This document shows positions 61,746-64,000 of a stretch of DNA of 64,000 nucleotides, piece by piece (within the stretch, counting starts at the first letter, position 1; every line of letters starts with the position of its first letter). The DNA is taken from assembly GCA_041651355.1 (NCBI GenBank), contig JBAZJK010000001.1, positions 485,883 through 549,882 of the forward strand, written 5' to 3'. Below the pieces are notes generated by a model. The model was not told the origin of the DNA. It searched no databases and saw only the letters and a list, made by a program, of their open reading frames with translations. This stretch comes from Patescibacteria group bacterium (GTDB taxonomy: Bacteria > Patescibacteriota > Patescibacteriia > Patescibacteriales > UBA12465). A program made the translations under genes and the position numbers.

Positions 61746-61993
61746 AGCAACTTTTAAACTACATATATAATTTAAAAATTCCTAAAATAATAATATATTT
61801 ACTTAAAAAAGTCAATAAAAAAGCAAAGATACTAAATTAAATTACTAATATTAAATAAAATAATGATAGAACCACTTATTTTTATGCTAAAATTAATTAT
61901 CGCATATCCTTGACATAAGCAGTACCTTTTGTTAAAAATCAAGCATCTGTCCTAGAGTATCTTTAACAACAAAACCATAAAAACGGAGGGAAA

Positions 61994-63184
61994 ATGACTT
62001 TAAGCTTATATGAAAAACTGGGCATTGATCCTAATAAGGATGCGGTGCGTGAAATCTTCAACCGGATTATCGATAACGAATACCCGGGTGCATTTGTTAA
62101 TATCATCAGTGATCCTTTTGACACTAAACGGGTGATAACTCAACACCAAGATGGTGACGGTAGTAAATTCATCCAACGGCTGATGAATATGATGGCAGAC
62201 GGCAACTACGATTACCGCCTCCTCAAAGGCATGGTTGACGATGCCTTATCTATGAATACTGGCGACATCGCTGCCGCCGGTTTTGTTTTCGGACCATGGA
62301 TAATCACCGATGTCATCAATTTCGGCTTAGCCAAAGACATCAAGAAAGATCTGATGTTAGCGGTCGCTGAACGCTTGTTTGAATTACGGGATTTATACCA
62401 ACAAAACGGATTCCACATCAAATTCTTGGGTGGAGAAACCGCTGACCTGCCCGACCAAGTTAAATCAGGTGTCTTTGACATCGCGATTACTGCTTGGGCG
62501 AACAAGAAAGATATTATCAAGGGAAATATTCAGGCGGGTGATGTAATTTATGGCTTTGCCAGCAACGGCCGAGCTATTTGGGAAGAGGAAGAAAATTCCG
62601 GGATCATGTCCAACGGGCTCACTATGGCTCGAAGCGTTCTGATGAGCAAGGATTACAACCAATTCCCTAAATTCAAACGTGACGGAGATTTCTACCGCGG
62701 CAACATGAAGCCTAATCATTCGGTCGGCTTACTTAAAGGCGTGACGGTCGGTCAGGCCTTAACTTCACCTACCCGCCAATGGGCGATAGTTATCCGCAAA
62801 ATCATGGAAGAGTTGGAACGCAAAAATGCTTTACACCTGCTACATGGCATCACCATGAACACCGGCGGTGGCGCCACCAAAATCAGGCACCTGGGTAAAG
62901 GCGGAATCCGATATTATAAAGAAATGCCACCGGTCCCTCCTCTTTTTTCTTTAATCCAAATCAGAAGCCAGGAAGAATGGCGGGCGATGTACCAAACCTT
63001 CAACTGTGGCATCGGAATCGATGTGGTCGGCCAAGATTCACGTCTTTTCCGGGATGCTCTTAAAGCTGTTTCCGAAGAATGCCAAATAAATCTTCATCGT
63101 CTGGGTGAATGTCGCGCACAAACTGAAGAAAAGGCAAACAACAGCGTTCTGATCTACTCGCCTTACGGCGTCTGGGAATATTAG
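61994..63184 (+). CDS. divergent PurM/AIR-synthase-superfamily protein
   Basis: DGDGSKF (compare DGVGTK), NTGDIAAAG, LGGETADLP (compare GGETAEMP), GDVIYGFASNG...SNGLTMAR (compare GD.liGlaSSG.HSNG.SL.R). GGAGG(G) lies 4 nt upstream of ATG. Confidence 0.65.
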   Translation: MTLSLYEKLGIDPNKDAVREIFNRIIDNEYPGAFVNIISDPFDTKRVITQHQDGDGSKFIQRLMNMMADGNYDYRLLKGMVDDALSMNTGDIAAAGFVFGPWIITDVINFGLAKDIKKDLMLAVAERLFELRDLYQQNGFHIKFLGGETADLPDQVKSGVFDIAITAWANKKDIIKGNIQAGDVIYGFASNGRAIWEEEENSGIMSNGLTMARSVLMSKDYNQFPKFKRDGDFYRGNMKPNHSVGLLKGVTVGQALTSPTRQWAIVIRKIMEELERKNALHLLHGITMNTGGGATKIRHLGKGGIRYYKEMPPVPPLFSLIQIRSQEEWRAMYQTFNCGIGIDVVGQDSRLFRDALKAVSEECQINLHRLGECRAQTEEKANNSVLIYSPYGVWEY

Positions 63185-63206
63185 TTCTTTATTCGCCAAC
63201 ATTTAG

Positions 63207-63232
63207 GCCGCTTACCAAATAGCGGCTTTTTT
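63207..63232 (+). terminator. rho-independent terminator after the PurM-like gene
   Basis: GCCGCT-taccaaat-AGCGGC followed by T6. Confidence 0.6.
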
Positions 63233-63236
63233 AATT

Positions 63237-63262
63237 AAAAAAGACGTCTCTTATAAAGACGC
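63237..63262 (-). terminator. terminator candidate after the PRTase gene
   Basis: Minus strand: (G)CGTCT-ttataag-AGACG(T) followed by CTTTTTT. Confidence 0.45.
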
Positions 63263-63272
63263 CTTAAGGTGT

Positions 63273-64000
63273 TTAGTCTTCCATAGCTTGTTTTAAAACC
63301 GACCATTCTTGTTTCGGTCTCCAGACGATTTTGCCGGCAGCAACCAAGCTGGCAACCCGATCATCATTCTGGCAGAACTGATCAGCGGAAACAAAACAGG
63401 CCGATATAACCGGTAAAACCGGGAGCGAGGCACCAGCACCAACAACAACATCTTTCTGACCAGAACGATTAAAAGCGCAGGCAATGGCCACAACTTCTGC
63501 TCCCCTGGATTGAATTAGCGTCGCCAATTTATCGGTGGTGGAAAAATTATTGCAGATATCCTCCACAATTAGCACTCTATCCCCGGGTAAAATGTCATGA
63601 CGATCGATGATCTGTTCGCTTTTTTCCTTAATGCCTTTGTCAGGATCAGCCAGGGCCACCACTTTCTTTTCTGCAAAGATACTACGGCAGTTCAGATGAC
63701 GAGCTATGTCGCCGGCCAATAAAATGCCGCCCATGGGAGCGCCGATGACCAAGCTGGGAACGATTCCCTCCCGCTTCAGGCTGTCGACAATGATTCGGGC
63801 AAAATAATCGCGGACCAGCGGTATTTCCTCGGCTTTAGCAAAATTGAAATACTCAAAGCCGACCTTATTCTTCTTCTGGCCGCTCTCATCTTCATAGGTG
63901 CCGGCATAGGCCACCAAGGGGCCGATAAAATTTCCGACTTTATCCTTCGGGCTGCAATAATAACCCTGGCAGTTCTTAAGAGTTAGAAGCGGGTCAGCTT
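63273..64000 (-). CDS. type I phosphoribosyltransferase (PyrE-like), N-terminus beyond window edge
   Basis: PRPP-binding loop DRVLIVEDICNNFSTTDKL and VIGAPMGGILLAGDIARHL. The track ORF starts at TTG 63917, but my translation stays open upstream to the window edge (...ADPLLTLKNCQGYYCSPKDKVGNFIGPLVAYAG). Confidence 0.7.
   Translation of the reverse strand, partial: ADPLLTLKNCQGYYCSPKDKVGNFIGPLVAYAGTYEDESGQKKNKVGFEYFNFAKAEEIPLVRDYFARIIVDSLKREGIVPSLVIGAPMGGILLAGDIARHLNCRSIFAEKKVVALADPDKGIKEKSEQIIDRHDILPGDRVLIVEDICNNFSTTDKLATLIQSRGAEVVAIACAFNRSGQKDVVVGAGASLPVLPVISACFVSADQFCQNDDRVASLVAAGKIVWRPKQEWSVLKQAMED

Noticed and set aside
61831-61860. Short direct repeats (AAATTA / ATTAAAT) in the AT-rich spacer as specific operator sites
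   Set aside because: This is low-complexity AT-rich sequence. Repeats this short are expected by chance there, so they are noted only as part of the spacer finding.
1-64000. CRISPR arrays, transposases/integrases, prophage genes, DGR (reverse transcriptase with TR/VR repeats)
   Set aside because: I looked for regularly spaced direct repeats, long duplicated nucleotide segments and RT/integrase/transposase motifs on both strands and found none. The only paralog pairs are the two unknowns at 1-1427 and the two GT4 genes, and both pairs are diverged at nucleotide level.

Overview
Gene-dense 64-kb window: about 70 CDS and 2 tRNAs. I found no rRNA, CRISPR array, transposase or integrase. GC looks moderately low by eye. 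The first ~47 kb is almost entirely minus-strand genes. Standard genetic code applies (RF2 is present and ORFs are long). The style suggests a Candidate Phyla Radiation / Patescibacteria-type genome (inference). Supporting traits: housekeeping proteins missing accessory domains (RpoA without alpha-CTD, AlaRS without C-Ala, half-size TsaB, ComEC without the beta-lactamase domain), ribosomal proteins with charged extensions, a DUF4012/glycosyltransferase envelope cluster, a fermentative [FeFe]-hydrogenase, and almost no Shine-Dalgarno sequences. Gene blocks in order: two tandem paralogous unknown genes; M50 protease, rpmB, comEC, prfB; infA-rpmJ-rpsM-rpsK-rpsD-rpoA-rplQ-rplM-rpsI behind a consensus promoter; a tightly packed gap / NuoF-like / membrane protein / hydA / alaS string; ricT-tsf-rpsB; SOD, rlmN, tgt; an envelope cluster (DUF11-like surface protein, DUF4012, GT4, unknown membrane protein, sigma-region-4/HARE-HTH protein, GT2, rmlA, rmlD); a short dcw cluster (mraZ-rsmH-ftsL-ftsI-murF); tsaB-dus-cysS; tRNA-Val and tRNA-Leu; rnhB, hisS, an orphan OmpR-type regulator, rarA; and a metal island (SdpI-like, ZIP, csoR, HMA-membrane protein, copA). 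The most interesting part is the right end (54-64 kb). It holds a two-gene cassette (HTH-like protein plus stand-alone GHKL/MORC-like ATPase) between a strong terminator and a 248-bp very AT-rich spacer. Divergent from it is a lone divergent PurM-like gene that converges on a PyrE-like PRTase, and a divergent Prs-like gene lies 7 kb away. The GHKL, PurM-like and Prs-like genes are the only three starts in the window with a canonical GGAGG ribosome-binding site. All functional calls come from motif recognition by eye; no database search was run.
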